Virus record (IMG/VR): IMGVR_UViG_3300037471_001733
Span: 22,201-86,200 of that record
Length of the DNA stretch: 64,000 nt
Direction: 5' to 3' (one strand)
DNA from: a virus
Taxonomy: Duplodnaviria; Heunggongvirae; Uroviricota; Caudoviricetes
Made by a program: the position numbers and the translations under genes. This document shows, in pieces, positions 9,100 through 18,186 of this stretch. The notes under the pieces are model-generated. The model saw only the letters and a program-made list of their open reading frames with translations. It was not told where the DNA came from and made no database searches. Every line of letters begins with the position of its first letter. Positions within the stretch are counted from its first letter, which is position 1.

Positions 9100-10182
9100 C
9101 TACTTGCTGATGAGGCTCAGGATGTGGGCCTTCAGGTTCGCCAGCTCGGTTGCGCTTTGCTCGTCACGAGCAGGCGCGGCCGGAGCCGCAGGTGCGGCAG
9201 CGGCGGGTTCCCGAGACTCGTCGCGAGGCCCGGTGTGCAGCGCGGCCTTGGCCAGTGCGATGACGCACTTGGCCTCGGCCGCAGAAAGGCCAACCGCATC
9301 ACGCAGTTGGCGCTCAAGGATGCGGACCTCAGGCGTGCCGTCGTCGTCGCCGGCAGGCACGAGGTCTTGCGGGGTGTTCTTGAAGAAGGGCAGCATGGCC
9401 GAGCGCGCATGCGTCAGCGCGGCCTTCTTCTCCTTCTTCTTGGCCGGCACCATCGTGTCGGCGAATCCTTTGTCCACGGCGTCCTGGCCGCGGAACCACG
9501 TTTCGGCGTCAACCCACGAGGCGATTTCGGCGCGGTCGCCACCGGTGCGCGCGACGTAGATGTCGATGAGGCCGGCTTCCAGCGTGTCCAGCACGTCGGC
9601 TTCCTTGCGCAGGGCCTTGGCGTTGCCGGCGAGAATCGTCCACGGCGCGTGGATCATGAAGTTCGCGCCTTCAGCGATGCGGATCTCGTCGCCGGCCATC
9701 GCAATTACGGAAGCGATGCTGGCGGCAATGCCATCGACGTGCACGATGATCTTGGCCTTGTGCGTGGCCAGCGCGTTGTAGATGCTGACGCCGTCGAACA
9801 CGGACCCGCCTGGCGAGTTGATGTGTACGTGCAGCTCATCAGCATCCAGCGCGGCGAGTTCGCGCACTGTGTCCTCGGCATTAACGCCGCCGTCCCAGTA
9901 GCCGCCGATGTCGCCGTATACAAACAGCTTCGGCGCTTCGCCTTCGTCGGCGGCCAAGCGCAGGTGGCCAGGGCCCAGCGCGCGCGGCGCCAGATTCATT
10001 GCCCGCTCGGGCAGGCCGGCGAGATTGATGACGGGTTTGGTCATTGCGGCCGTCCCTTCCTCATTGCTTTCTTGTTCCTCGCCCAACTCGGAGAGGACTG
10101 CGGCCAGCGACACCTGAGCGTCGCGGATGCGAGATTCGTTGCGGGCGCTCAGCACGCGCCCGGCGTTCAGACGTTGGCCCAT
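9100..10182 (-). CDS. ClpP-like (S14) prohead protease with C-terminal extension
   Basis: 360 aa; INSPGGSVFDGVSIYNALATHKAKIIVHVDGIAASIASVIAMAGD matches the ClpP/prohead-protease catalytic core. Confidence 0.8.
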   Translation of the reverse strand: MGQRLNAGRVLSARNESRIRDAQVSLAAVLSELGEEQESNEEGTAAMTKPVINLAGLPERAMNLAPRALGPGHLRLAADEGEAPKLFVYGDIGGYWDGGVNAEDTVRELAALDADELHVHINSPGGSVFDGVSIYNALATHKAKIIVHVDGIAASIASVIAMAGDEIRIAEGANFMIHAPWTILAGNAKALRKEADVLDTLEAGLIDIYVARTGGDRAEIASWVDAETWFRGQDAVDKGFADTMVPAKKKEKKAALTHARSAMLPFFKNTPQDLVPAGDDDGTPEVRILERQLRDAVGLSAAEAKCVIALAKAALHTGPRDESREPAAAAPAAPAAPARDEQSATELANLKAHILSLISK

Positions 10183-10185
10183 GGG

Positions 10186-11481
10186 CTACCCTTGGTTGCG
10201 CGCTGAAAGCGCTTGACTGGATGCCGCCAAGTCGTTGTTGTCTTGCTGTGCCGGGGCCGCGCCAGCGGGGTTGCTTGGCATGCCTAATTCCGGATCAGAG
10301 GCGTCGCCCATGTTCACGGGCGCGCGGTAGATTTCGCCGCCCTCGTACGGGTTCTGCTCCTCGTAGGCGCGGATCTCGTTCGCGTTGAGCGCGCCCATCT
10401 GCCAGAGGCGGAAGTAGTACTCGGCGCGGTCACGCGCGGCGCCGCGCATCAAGGCATTGGCGTTGAACTTCGCGTAGATACCGTCGTCCAGGTCACGCTC
10501 GCTAAGCAGGTTGCAGTCGATGCTCTGCTCGATGCGTTCGTACCAAGGCGCCAGGCAGTGCACCACGTGCGCCAGGAACATCTGCTCCGCGCTGGCGTAA
10601 GTGGCCGTCTTGTCGCTGTAGCCGACCATCAGTGGCGCGCACCTAAAAATTCTGCACACCTCTTCGATCTGGTGACGTCTCGTTTCGAGATGCTGGCTAT
10701 CAACGCCCGTCATCGACGTCGGCACAAACTTGGCGCCGCGGTCAAGAATCATCGGGCGGAATCTCGCTTCGCCTGTCATGTTCTTCTCGACCCAGTTGCG
10801 CAGAGCAAGGAACTGGTCCGGAAGCAGCTTGTCGTCCACGCTGTAGATGCCAGTGGACTGCGCGCCATTGGCATGCATCAGCGCATGCGCCTCTTCGGTC
10901 GCCATCGCAAGGCCTATGGCCTCGCGAGCCAACTGCAACGGCTTTAGGCCGTCATAGCCGTTCCAACTCAGCCCTTTGACGTGCCAGATCGCCTCAGCCG
11001 GGAAGTCCTGCGACTGCCCAGTGATCTCGCTGCTTACGCGGTACACCGGCCGGCGGAACTGGTCCACATCCACGCACACCTCGTGCGGGAGAAACGGGAT
11101 CAACTCGCGGATCTTGCCGTTGACGACGTTCTTGAACGCCACGAAACGACCGGCCAAGCACACATGCGCGGCCAGCATCTCGCGGAACTCGAAGGACGTC
11201 TGCCAAGGGTTCGGCCGGCGGTACAGCACGCGATACAGCGGGTGGTCCTTCGCCGGATCGCTGCCGCCGTCGTCACGCTCCTTGTAGAGCTTCAAGGGCA
11301 CCTGCGCGATGCCCTCGGCAATCACGCGCACGCACGCCAGGACCGTCGTCACCTGCAGCGCGGTTTCCACCGTGACGTTCTGACCCGAACGCGACGCAGG
11401 AAACCAGCCGCTCCAGAAAGGCTCAGTGAACGCCTGCGCCCGGCGCTGCCGCGGCGCCATCATCTTCGACAGGAAACTCAC
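10186..11481 (-). CDS. Portal protein, HK97 family
   Basis: 431 aa, positioned between the large terminase and the protease; sequence typical of HK97-family portals. Confidence 0.8.
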   Translation of the reverse strand: MSFLSKMMAPRQRRAQAFTEPFWSGWFPASRSGQNVTVETALQVTTVLACVRVIAEGIAQVPLKLYKERDDGGSDPAKDHPLYRVLYRRPNPWQTSFEFREMLAAHVCLAGRFVAFKNVVNGKIRELIPFLPHEVCVDVDQFRRPVYRVSSEITGQSQDFPAEAIWHVKGLSWNGYDGLKPLQLAREAIGLAMATEEAHALMHANGAQSTGIYSVDDKLLPDQFLALRNWVEKNMTGEARFRPMILDRGAKFVPTSMTGVDSQHLETRRHQIEEVCRIFRCAPLMVGYSDKTATYASAEQMFLAHVVHCLAPWYERIEQSIDCNLLSERDLDDGIYAKFNANALMRGAARDRAEYYFRLWQMGALNANEIRAYEEQNPYEGGEIYRAPVNMGDASDPELGMPSNPAGAAPAQQDNNDLAASSQALSARNQG

Positions 11482-11756
11482 TCGGCAGCCTTCCCGTCAC
11501 CGGCACGCGCGCGGATGCCCATCAGGCCCAGGCCCAGCGCCAGCAAGCCGCCGACGATGAAGCCAGCCGGCAGGGAGTACAGGCCGGTGCCATAGGCAAC
11601 AGCCCCGGCGCCGCCCAGCGCCAGCATGTCCGGCATCAGAAAGGCCAACAGTTCGCCGCCGGCCGCAATCAGGCCCAGCATGGCGCGGCCAAGGGTCAAC
11701 ATTCGGCGGGCCAGAAATGTCCTGGCACCGGCGATCTTCGTTCGCAGGTTTTTCAC
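11478..11756 (-). CDS. Small hydrophobic protein between terminase and portal
   Basis: 92 aa, Gly/Ala/Leu-rich predicted membrane segments; overlaps the stop and start of both neighbours. Confidence 0.4.
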   Translation of the reverse strand: MKNLRTKIAGARTFLARRMLTLGRAMLGLIAAGGELLAFLMPDMLALGGAGAVAYGTGLYSLPAGFIVGGLLALGLGLMGIRARAGDGKAAE

Positions 11757-13513
11757 GGCGTCAGGACTTCCCAGAATGACTTTCCAGTGGACTCGGTGGT
11801 TCTGGACATCAAGCCCACGGCCATCACAGCCGCCACGATGAGGTCGATGCGGCCCGTGGCCTTTTCCTTGCTGAGCTTGCGGTTCTCGGCGTCATCCATC
11901 ACCGTCACCGCGTTGCTCGCACACCAGTTGAAAACTGGGTGGTCGTTGTGCGCCAACTCGTTGTTGAGCAGCATTCGCTCGAACTCTTCAACGGCTGGCG
12001 AAGCCTCTTTGTAACCTTGCCCGAACGCGACCATGGGCGGTAGGCTGATGCCTTCGTCGTCGGCAAGCGCCAGCAAGTCTTCGATGCGCCAGCGGTCGTA
12101 TGCGACGCCCTGGATCTCGAATGCCTCGGACAGCGCGGACAGCCGCTGCAGCACGTTGCGCTTGCTGATCGCGCGCCCCGGCGTGGTGTCCAAGTGCCCG
12201 GCAGCTTTCCACTGCACGTAGGGCACTCGATCGGTTTCGGCCTTCTTCTGCAGCCCCTCATCAGGCAGCCAGGCGAACGGCACTAGGTGCCACGGCTCGC
12301 CTTCCTCTTGCGGCTCAACCAGCAGCACCAGCCCCGTAAGGTCGGTGGTGGACGACAGGTCCAGCCCGGCCCAGGCTCGCCGGCCGCGCAGGTCTTGCCA
12401 GTTGAAGGTGCGAATCGCACTCTTCCAAACGTCGGCCGACAGCCACGGCGAATCGGCATCCGTCCACTGGCAGAAATTCAGCCGGCGGACGATCGCCTCC
12501 TTAGACGGCATGCCGCGCGCTTCGGTCACCTGCTCGCGCAGGTACTTCATGCCCGGCAGATCGGCGTCCTGCAGCGAAGGGTTGGCCTTCACCCAGCACG
12601 ACTCGTCCGAGAAAGGATCCTCGCCTTCATCTAGGGCGCACACGAAACTGAAGAACGCATCGTCCTCCAGCGTCCCCGCTGCGACCTTTGCGCCGTACTC
12701 GTGGTACGCCCAGCACGGCCCCCGTTTGTCGGAGCCGCTGTTGGTGATCATGAAGATCAGCGCCTGCCGCCGGCTCTTGGTGCCGGCGCGCATCATCTCC
12801 ACGACCGTGTTGGTCTTGTGCTCGTGCAGCTCGTCGATGAGCGCAATGTGCGGCCGCGGGCCGGACTGCCCATCGTCCGAGCTGATCGGGCGGAAGAAGC
12901 TGCCGGCCTGCAGGTAGGCCAGGTTCCACACCCGCTCGCCCGTGCCGCTCTTGGTCAGCCGCTTAGCGAGTTCCGGCGACTGGTCCACCATGGCCACCGC
13001 GTCGCGGAAGAGGATCATGGCCTGATCCTTCTTCGTCGCCGCAGCGTAGACCTCTGCGCGCGCCTCGCTGTCGGCGGTCAGGCCAAGAAGCCCAATGCCC
13101 GCCGAAAGGGGCGACTTCCCGGAGCCCTTGGCCGTCTCGACGTAGGCAACACGGAACCGCCGCCAGCCGTCAGAACCCTTCCAGCCGAACAGACTGCCGA
13201 TGACGAATTTCTGCCACGGCAGAAGCTCGAAGGGCTTTCCCTCAAAGTCGCCGCCGTTGAGCTTCAGGACGTTGCGGTAGTACCGCAGCGCCTTCAGGGC
13301 GGTCTCCAGGTCCCAATTCAGGCCGCGTGCCGGGCCTTTCTCCAGGTCGCGCAGGTGGCGCGCGCATGCCGCGCGCACATGCGGGCCGGCGATGCGTTTG
13401 CCGTCAACGACGGATTGGGCGTACTCGGTGACCGGATCGTCACCAGTCGGGACGTCAGCCGAAGAATTCCTGTAAGTGGTCTTCCTTTTGGTCGTCGTCG
13501 GCGTTTTGGACAT
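11753..13513 (-). CDS. Terminase large subunit
   Basis: 586 aa; Walker-A-like ETAKGSGKSPL plus a C-terminal nuclease-like region; Terminase_1-type. Confidence 0.85.
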   Translation of the reverse strand: MSKTPTTTKRKTTYRNSSADVPTGDDPVTEYAQSVVDGKRIAGPHVRAACARHLRDLEKGPARGLNWDLETALKALRYYRNVLKLNGGDFEGKPFELLPWQKFVIGSLFGWKGSDGWRRFRVAYVETAKGSGKSPLSAGIGLLGLTADSEARAEVYAAATKKDQAMILFRDAVAMVDQSPELAKRLTKSGTGERVWNLAYLQAGSFFRPISSDDGQSGPRPHIALIDELHEHKTNTVVEMMRAGTKSRRQALIFMITNSGSDKRGPCWAYHEYGAKVAAGTLEDDAFFSFVCALDEGEDPFSDESCWVKANPSLQDADLPGMKYLREQVTEARGMPSKEAIVRRLNFCQWTDADSPWLSADVWKSAIRTFNWQDLRGRRAWAGLDLSSTTDLTGLVLLVEPQEEGEPWHLVPFAWLPDEGLQKKAETDRVPYVQWKAAGHLDTTPGRAISKRNVLQRLSALSEAFEIQGVAYDRWRIEDLLALADDEGISLPPMVAFGQGYKEASPAVEEFERMLLNNELAHNDHPVFNWCASNAVTVMDDAENRKLSKEKATGRIDLIVAAVMAVGLMSRTTESTGKSFWEVLTP

Positions 13514-13955
13514 GAACCTTGGACCTCGCGGCCGGCGTCAGCCCGAACTCGACCAGCCACGCCTTGAAGCGCCGGTCGGCATCGGCCAGCATGGCCACCG
13601 CCGGGTTCGCTTTGATGCTGCGGTCGCCCTGCGTGTTCGTTGTTTCGTAGGTAGGGCCGTCCTGGTTCACCAGTTCCTGATACCGCAGGATCTCGGCGTA
13701 CACGGCGCAGCCTCTCTCAAGGGCGTAGGCATCGGCCTCGGTTAGCACGCCCATCCGATCCAGCAGCACAGACATGCGGCCCCAGGCAACCTTGGCCTCG
13801 TCGGACAAGTGGCTGGGGCAACTAGGTATCTCGCGGCGTGGTTTGGGCTCGCTCTTGTTGAGCGCGCGCCTTCCCGGGTTGCCTGTAACTATTTTTAAGT
13901 GGCTCGGTTTTGGCCTGCGCCCCGCCATATCTCTATTCCTTGACTGGCCAGCCAT
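13455..13955 (-). CDS. Terminase small subunit, P27 family
   Basis: 166 aa; KPSHLKIVTGNPGRRALNKSEPKP...FGLTPAARSKV is typical of P27-family small terminases. Confidence 0.7.
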   Translation of the reverse strand: MAGQSRNRDMAGRRPKPSHLKIVTGNPGRRALNKSEPKPRREIPSCPSHLSDEAKVAWGRMSVLLDRMGVLTEADAYALERGCAVYAEILRYQELVNQDGPTYETTNTQGDRSIKANPAVAMLADADRRFKAWLVEFGLTPAARSKVHVQNADDDQKEDHLQEFFG

Positions 13956-14214
13956 CCACCCCGATCACCGGCCGAACTCGATGACCTAGATCTCGCGCCG
14001 TTTTGTCACGGTGACAGGGGGTACATAGCCCCTGAGCCTGGCCCGGGTCTTCGTGGAAGTCCTTGCCGCCGTTGACTAGCGCGACTTTGTGGTCCAACTG
14101 AGTTGCGGCAGCAAGTCGGCCATGGCGTGAGCACTCAGCACAAAGCGGGTTCAGCCGCAAGTAGTAGTCGCGGAACCGCTGCAGCGGGCGGCCACGCAAG
14201 CGATCAGTGGCCAT
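13933..14214 (-). CDS. HNH endonuclease (terminase-associated)
   Basis: 93 aa; CAECSRHGRLAAATQLDHKVALVNGGKDFHEDPGQAQGLCTPCH is an HNH motif; overlaps the small terminase start, as in cos-packaging phages. Confidence 0.75.
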   Translation of the reverse strand: MATDRLRGRPLQRFRDYYLRLNPLCAECSRHGRLAAATQLDHKVALVNGGKDFHEDPGQAQGLCTPCHRDKTARDLGHRVRPVIGVDGWPVKE

Positions 14215-14271
14215 GCGCGCCTCGGGAAAGAAAAGGCCCGCCTGCCGGAGAGCCGGGGCGAGCAGAAACCT

Positions 14272-14358
14272 GTGGCGCGGACGGCTGGGCTCGAACCAGC
14301 GACCTGCAGCGCTGGTCTTTGCGAACCCGCTGCTTCTCTACCGGCTGAGATACGCCCG
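14272..14358 (-). tRNA. tRNA-like element with aberrant 16-18-nt anticodon loop (pseudo-tRNA or intron-containing)
   Basis: Minus-strand sequence GCGGGCG-TA-TCTC-AGCCGGTA-GAGA-A-GCAGCG[16 nt]CGCTGC-AGGTC-GCTGG-TTCGAGC-CCAGC-CGTCCGC-G-CCA. Acceptor, D and T arms are canonical; the anticodon arm is not. Confidence 0.45.
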
Positions 14359-14365
14359 CGTCGGA

Positions 14366-14392
14366 AACGAAAAAGCCCGCGCGAGGCGGGCT
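14366..14392. terminator. Bidirectional hairpin terminator
   Basis: GCCCGC-GCGAG-GCGGGC hairpin flanked by AAAAA and TTT. Confidence 0.5.
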
Positions 14393-14552
14393 TTGAGAAA
14401 TCTGCAGAGACACCTATCCCACGGACCTGTCGGAATTGGGATAGATTCACCGGGAGGCCGTAAGCGTAGCCGGCGTGGGCCAATTGTACGGCTTGTTGTC
14501 TTGCACACGCAACAGGGGCTGTCAAGGGCTCGCGAGCGACGCCCACATATCT

Positions 14553-15449
14553 CTATAACCCCAACTGCAGTTGACCAAGAGACTTGCTTCCCTTGGACCG
14601 GTTGCACCCAAAGCACTCGCACTGCGTGTTGCTATAGCTGTGTGGACCTCCATCGCGCAGGCTGACAACGTGACCAAGCTCCGGTGCGCCCTCAATCCTC
14701 TTGCCCATCTTCGACCTCGGCGTCTTAATGCCGCAAATCTTGCAGCGCCAGCCGTCGCGCTCAAAGACAGACAGCTTGTCCACCTTCTCGTACTCGCAGC
14801 CGAACTTTCTGGCGCGACGCCGATGCGTGGTGCCGCTAGTGGCTCTGTAACGGTAGCTCAGCTGACAGGCTATCGAGCAGTACTTTTGGCGCAGGTCGCC
14901 ATAGTCCGGCGTGAACGCAACTTCGCAGAAGCCGCACTTGCGAGGCGACCGGTCGCGGCTACGCTCTTGCTTCTTCCGATTGTAAACCTTGCTCCTGCAT
15001 TTGCTGCTACAGAAGTTCGCATCCGGCATCTTGGCCATGAAGTCGCGCCCGCAGGACGGGCTGGCGCAGACCCTGGCATAGCGCAGCTTATTCTGGCCGC
15101 GCTCCTTTTTCTCCGGCGCTGGAACGCACTCATAGCAGAACTTGCGCGGCTTGCCGTTCTTAAATAGTGGCTTTGGGTGGCGGCAGCCGTTTTCATTCCG
15201 GGTCCTGCACTCGTCGGAGCAATGACTGCGGCGCAGCTTCGTCGGCTTGAAGGGCATTCCACAGTAGGCGCATAACCGCGGCGGTTTCGGAGGCACGGGC
15301 GGATTCTTCCGTGGTCGTCCAGCGCCAGGACGGCGGCCGCCAGAGTTTGGACGCGGGCCACCGCGCTTTGAACGCGACGCCTCGACCAGTGCGCATAGCG
15401 CGCCTTTGCAGCCGCCAACAGACAGCCGCCTATACTCGCCTTCAACCAT
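14553..15449 (-). CDS. HNH endonuclease with N-terminal Arg/Pro-rich multi-zinc-finger region
   Basis: 298 aa; many CxxC pairs, then C-terminal GWRCKICG...ELGHVVSLRDGGPHSYSNTQCECFGCNRSKG (HNH); RBS AGGAAG. Confidence 0.7.
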   Translation of the reverse strand: MVEGEYRRLSVGGCKGALCALVEASRSKRGGPRPNSGGRRPGAGRPRKNPPVPPKPPRLCAYCGMPFKPTKLRRSHCSDECRTRNENGCRHPKPLFKNGKPRKFCYECVPAPEKKERGQNKLRYARVCASPSCGRDFMAKMPDANFCSSKCRSKVYNRKKQERSRDRSPRKCGFCEVAFTPDYGDLRQKYCSIACQLSYRYRATSGTTHRRRARKFGCEYEKVDKLSVFERDGWRCKICGIKTPRSKMGKRIEGAPELGHVVSLRDGGPHSYSNTQCECFGCNRSKGSKSLGQLQLGL

Positions 15450-16190
15450 GCTGACTTCCTATACAAGTTGGTATGGCCAGAGACCCGGTCGTGTTGCAAG
15501 CGCGACTGGGTTTCGCCATTTTGGCCTAGAACCAACAAATCTGCTGGACAAAACCACAGTTCCCAGGGCGCCAAGAATTTCCTCTCAAAACGCGCCTCTG
15601 AACAGCAAGGTCAACCGATGGTTTACAAGCCGAGGGCTGGGAAGAACTGATTGGGGTATTGGGGGGTGCGCCTCGACTCTCCCCACGCCCAGCCGCGCCA
15701 GCTGTCAGCGCACGAGCTGCCGCTCAGCACGAGCTGCGCCGCTCGATCCCTGCTGGTGCTGGTGCTGCGCGTTGTCACGAGGGGTGCGGCGCCGCCTGGC
15801 TGTCGAGTGCCTGCGGTTATGTGGCGAGGGTCTGCCGCTGCGCCAGTGCACCCGGGCCGCTGCGCGGCCGTGCTCCTGGTGGTGGCGTGCTGGAGCTCCG
15901 ACCGATCGGCGCAGGCAAGCGCCATGGTGCGAACGGTGCACGAGGGAATGCGGCGCAGTGCTGGTGCCTGCGGCTTAGTGGAGTGCTGCGGCTTTGTGGA
16001 GTGGCGCAACTAGTGGAGTGCGCCGTGCTGCAGGGCATGGCGCCATGGACAGGGGTGCAGCGCTGCTGCGCCGCTGGTGCTGTCTCACCCGTGCCGATCG
16101 GCTTCCGCTGCAGGGGCGCTGGTGCTGGAATGCAGGCACCAAAGCAAAAGGGCCGCACGAGGCGGCCCATGGCGTGGAGTGCTTTGGTCT
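15450..16190. repeat. Non-coding GC-rich repeat region (candidate cos/pac or replication origin)
   Basis: No credible ORF in any frame. GTGGAGTG at 15999, 16017, 16034 (17-18 bp spacing) and 16194; GCTGGTGCTG-type motifs at 15771, 15985, 16095, 16142, 16210. Confidence 0.5.
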
Positions 16191-16440
16191 AGGTGCTGGC
16201 GGCTTTCCGCTCCCGTCCTATACGGATGGCATGGGCAAGCGCGGCCATCTCCCGACCGTTGTCGTAAGGGCCGCGCGCCACCGGCTTTTTGCTGATGCCT
16301 GCGGCTGGCAGCAGGCCAACGAAGCCGGCTTCGTCCACGAAGTCTAGATATGTCATGGCGCCGATGGTCTTGACTGCGATGACACAAGCAACGCTGCCGC
16401 CGCCGATGGTGGGGCGCATGAAAAGGTCCCCGGCTTGCAT
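16189..16440 (-). CDS. Hypothetical protein (last gene of the small-gene operon)
   Basis: 83 aa; junction CTGAGGAGGGGACGCC-ATG with the upstream gene. Confidence 0.4.
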   Translation of the reverse strand: MQAGDLFMRPTIGGGSVACVIAVKTIGAMTYLDFVDEAGFVGLLPAAGISKKPVARGPYDNGREMAALAHAIRIGRERKAAST

Positions 16441-16452
16441 GGCGTCCCCTCC

Positions 16453-16746
16453 TCAGTGGGCCAGCAGATGCCGCACGCTGGCGCCATCCGGTATCCGCAG
16501 CATTGCCGCCACTGCATCCACGTATTCCGGTGCAGGCCGGCGCAATTTGTACTGCTGGTCTCCATACGAGTTGGGAATGGTGCGCGATTCAATCAAGCCG
16601 CGTTCCCTAAGCGCGCGGAATGCCCGGGTGTCATCTTCTGGCGCCACCTCAGCAGCGGCGGCAATGTCATGCCATGAGGGGAGACGGATAGTCCCGTCTG
16701 CATTGGTACGGGAAGCGAGCAGGGCATACAGACGATTGAGGTTCAT
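16453..16746 (-). CDS. Hypothetical protein, possible winged-helix DNA-binding
   Basis: Start chosen at MNLNRLYALLASR (97 aa) because of the CTGAGGGGCCGCGCC-ATG junction; the longer ORF (to 16911) overlaps the upstream gene. Confidence 0.4.
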   Translation of the reverse strand: MNLNRLYALLASRTNADGTIRLPSWHDIAAAAEVAPEDDTRAFRALRERGLIESRTIPNSYGDQQYKLRRPAPEYVDAVAAMLRIPDGASVRHLLAH

Positions 16747-16757
16747 GGCGCGGCCCC

Positions 16758-17132
16758 TCAGATGTCCCAGACGCCATCCACGGTCGCGCCGTGCGCCGCC
16801 TCGTGGGCGTGCGCCGCGATGGCCGCCACGAGGCGCCCGCCGGGCGTTGCTTCCAACGTATCGCCCTCGCTGCACTGGTACTGCAGGCACCGCGCCAGCG
16901 AATGGAACCATGCGGCGGTCTGATTTGGCATGGGGCGCGCCAGCAGTGCACGCAGGCCCTGCAGCGGCTGCCGATCCTCCGGGTAACGCCCCTCATAGCG
17001 GGTTGCGTGGGCGTAGTTGTTGGCTGCACGCAGCGAGATAGCCGCCTGCGCCGCATCGTCGGCGATGCCCTGGGAAACGGCCCATTGCGCCACGGTGGCC
17101 ACGTGCAGATCAGAGCAGATAAAGCAAGACAT
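16758..17132 (-). CDS. Hypothetical protein
   Basis: 124 aa; RBS AGGAGAT 7 nt before the ATG. Confidence 0.4.
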   Translation of the reverse strand: MSCFICSDLHVATVAQWAVSQGIADDAAQAAISLRAANNYAHATRYEGRYPEDRQPLQGLRALLARPMPNQTAAWFHSLARCLQYQCSEGDTLEATPGGRLVAAIAAHAHEAAHGATVDGVWDI

Positions 17133-17182
17133 GGTGTGATCTCCTATTGCCGCTCATGCTGGCGGCGCAGCGGGTTGAAGGG

Positions 17183-17453
17183 TTAGTCCTCGCGCGGTGT
17201 CTCAATTTGATGCGGCAGGGGTCGCCCCATGCCGTCGGCGCAGTAAAGGGACGTAGAAGCACCGCACGGCAGGTATGCCGGCGCGTCAATTGGCCCGCCT
17301 GCCGTCACATCCATACATGCCCCGTACCGAAATTGCCGCCGGTCTTGATGCAGATGGATCAATTCGACCGTCTGCCGTTGGACTTGCCCGCCGGTCACAT
17401 TGTGGAAAGCGCCAGCAGCAGCGCGGCGGATGGTTTCTGATTGCATGGACATG
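17183..17453 (-). CDS. Hypothetical protein
   Basis: 90 aa starting MSMQSE; preceded by the exact junction CTGAGGAGCGAACC-ATG. Confidence 0.45.
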
Positions 17454-17462
17454 GTTCGCTCC

Positions 17463-17691
17463 TCAGTTGAAGCCCTTGTCCGCCTCGATCTGGCGCAGGA
17501 TCTCGACTGCCTCAGCGATCGGCACGAAGTCAGACAGGGGGTCAACAATCGTTTTCTTGCCCACGGTCACCAGCACGACGCGAAACTTTCCGCGCGCCGC
17601 CTCAGTGCTGATTCCGGGCATGCCGGTGGCGGCGCGCGCGGCAAGGGTGGCGGCTCGCAATTGCTTGAGTTGCTCAAACATGGTTCGCTCC
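17463..17691 (-). CDS. Hypothetical protein
   Basis: 76 aa starting MFEQLK; preceded by CTGAGGAGCGAACC-ATG. Confidence 0.45.
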
Positions 17692-17931
17692 TCAGATACC
17701 GAAAACTTGATTGATCGCAGCGCGGCGCAGTGCCTCGCAGTGCATCTGCGCCACGGGTTGATTGATCTCGTCCACCACGTCAAGTGCATCGTTAACGGCA
17801 TCCATGAGATGCGCCATGGCGATATCTTCCGGGTTTGCTTCTACGTGATTGCGCAACTGCAGGCGGGCGCTCAGCAGGTTTTCGACGATCACGTCGAATT
17901 GCTTGACATGCATGGTCACAGGGGTGGGCAT
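17692..17931 (-). CDS. Hypothetical protein
   Basis: 79 aa starting MPTPVT; junction CTGAAAGGTCGAGCC-ATG. Confidence 0.4.
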   Translation of the reverse strand: MPTPVTMHVKQFDVIVENLLSARLQLRNHVEANPEDIAMAHLMDAVNDALDVVDEINQPVAQMHCEALRRAAINQVFGI

Positions 17932-17942
17932 GGCTCGACCTT

Positions 17943-18176
17943 TCAGCGCATGTTGATGTAACCCGGCATGCCGAGTGCGCGCGCCAGCACGTTTGCCGCG
18001 TGGCGGTCTGCAAGGTTGCATATCAGGTACTTGGCCTGCGCGACCGCTTCGAAGTGCGCGCTCTGCGCCTCTTCGTATTCCTGATGGGTTCGATTGCTGT
18101 CGCCGATCATGTGCACGTGGCCACCGATGGCGGGCCGCAATTCCTTGGCGATGCTGATGGCAGTTCGGATATTCAT
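17943..18176 (-). CDS. Hypothetical protein
   Basis: 77 aa starting MNIRTA; preceded by CTGAGGAGCGAACC-ATG. Confidence 0.45.
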   Translation of the reverse strand: MNIRTAISIAKELRPAIGGHVHMIGDSNRTHQEYEEAQSAHFEAVAQAKYLICNLADRHAANVLARALGMPGYINMR

Positions 18177-18186
18177 GGTTCGCTCC

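Noticed and set aside
7771-10206. 811-aa plus-strand ORF
   Set aside because: Antisense to the clearly identified capsid and ClpP-protease genes. Arg/Gly/Ala-rich nonsense typical of high-GC antisense frames.
14272-14358. Confident functional tRNA with an assigned anticodon
   Set aside because: No 5-bp stem plus 7-nt loop can be formed anywhere between the D and T arms. Candidate anticodons (CGC, GCA) require mutually exclusive or unpaired stems, so no isotype is assigned.
14870-15574. 234-aa minus ORF overlapping the HNH/zinc-finger gene in another frame
   Set aside because: Overlaps a gene with clear HNH motifs and an RBS; its own translation is Ala/Arg-rich junk.
15650-16190. Possible CRISPR array, because of many short GC-rich repeats
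   Set aside because: Repeats are 8-10 bp, irregularly spaced (17-18 bp, then over 100 bp), not separated by unique spacers of uniform length, and no cas genes are nearby.
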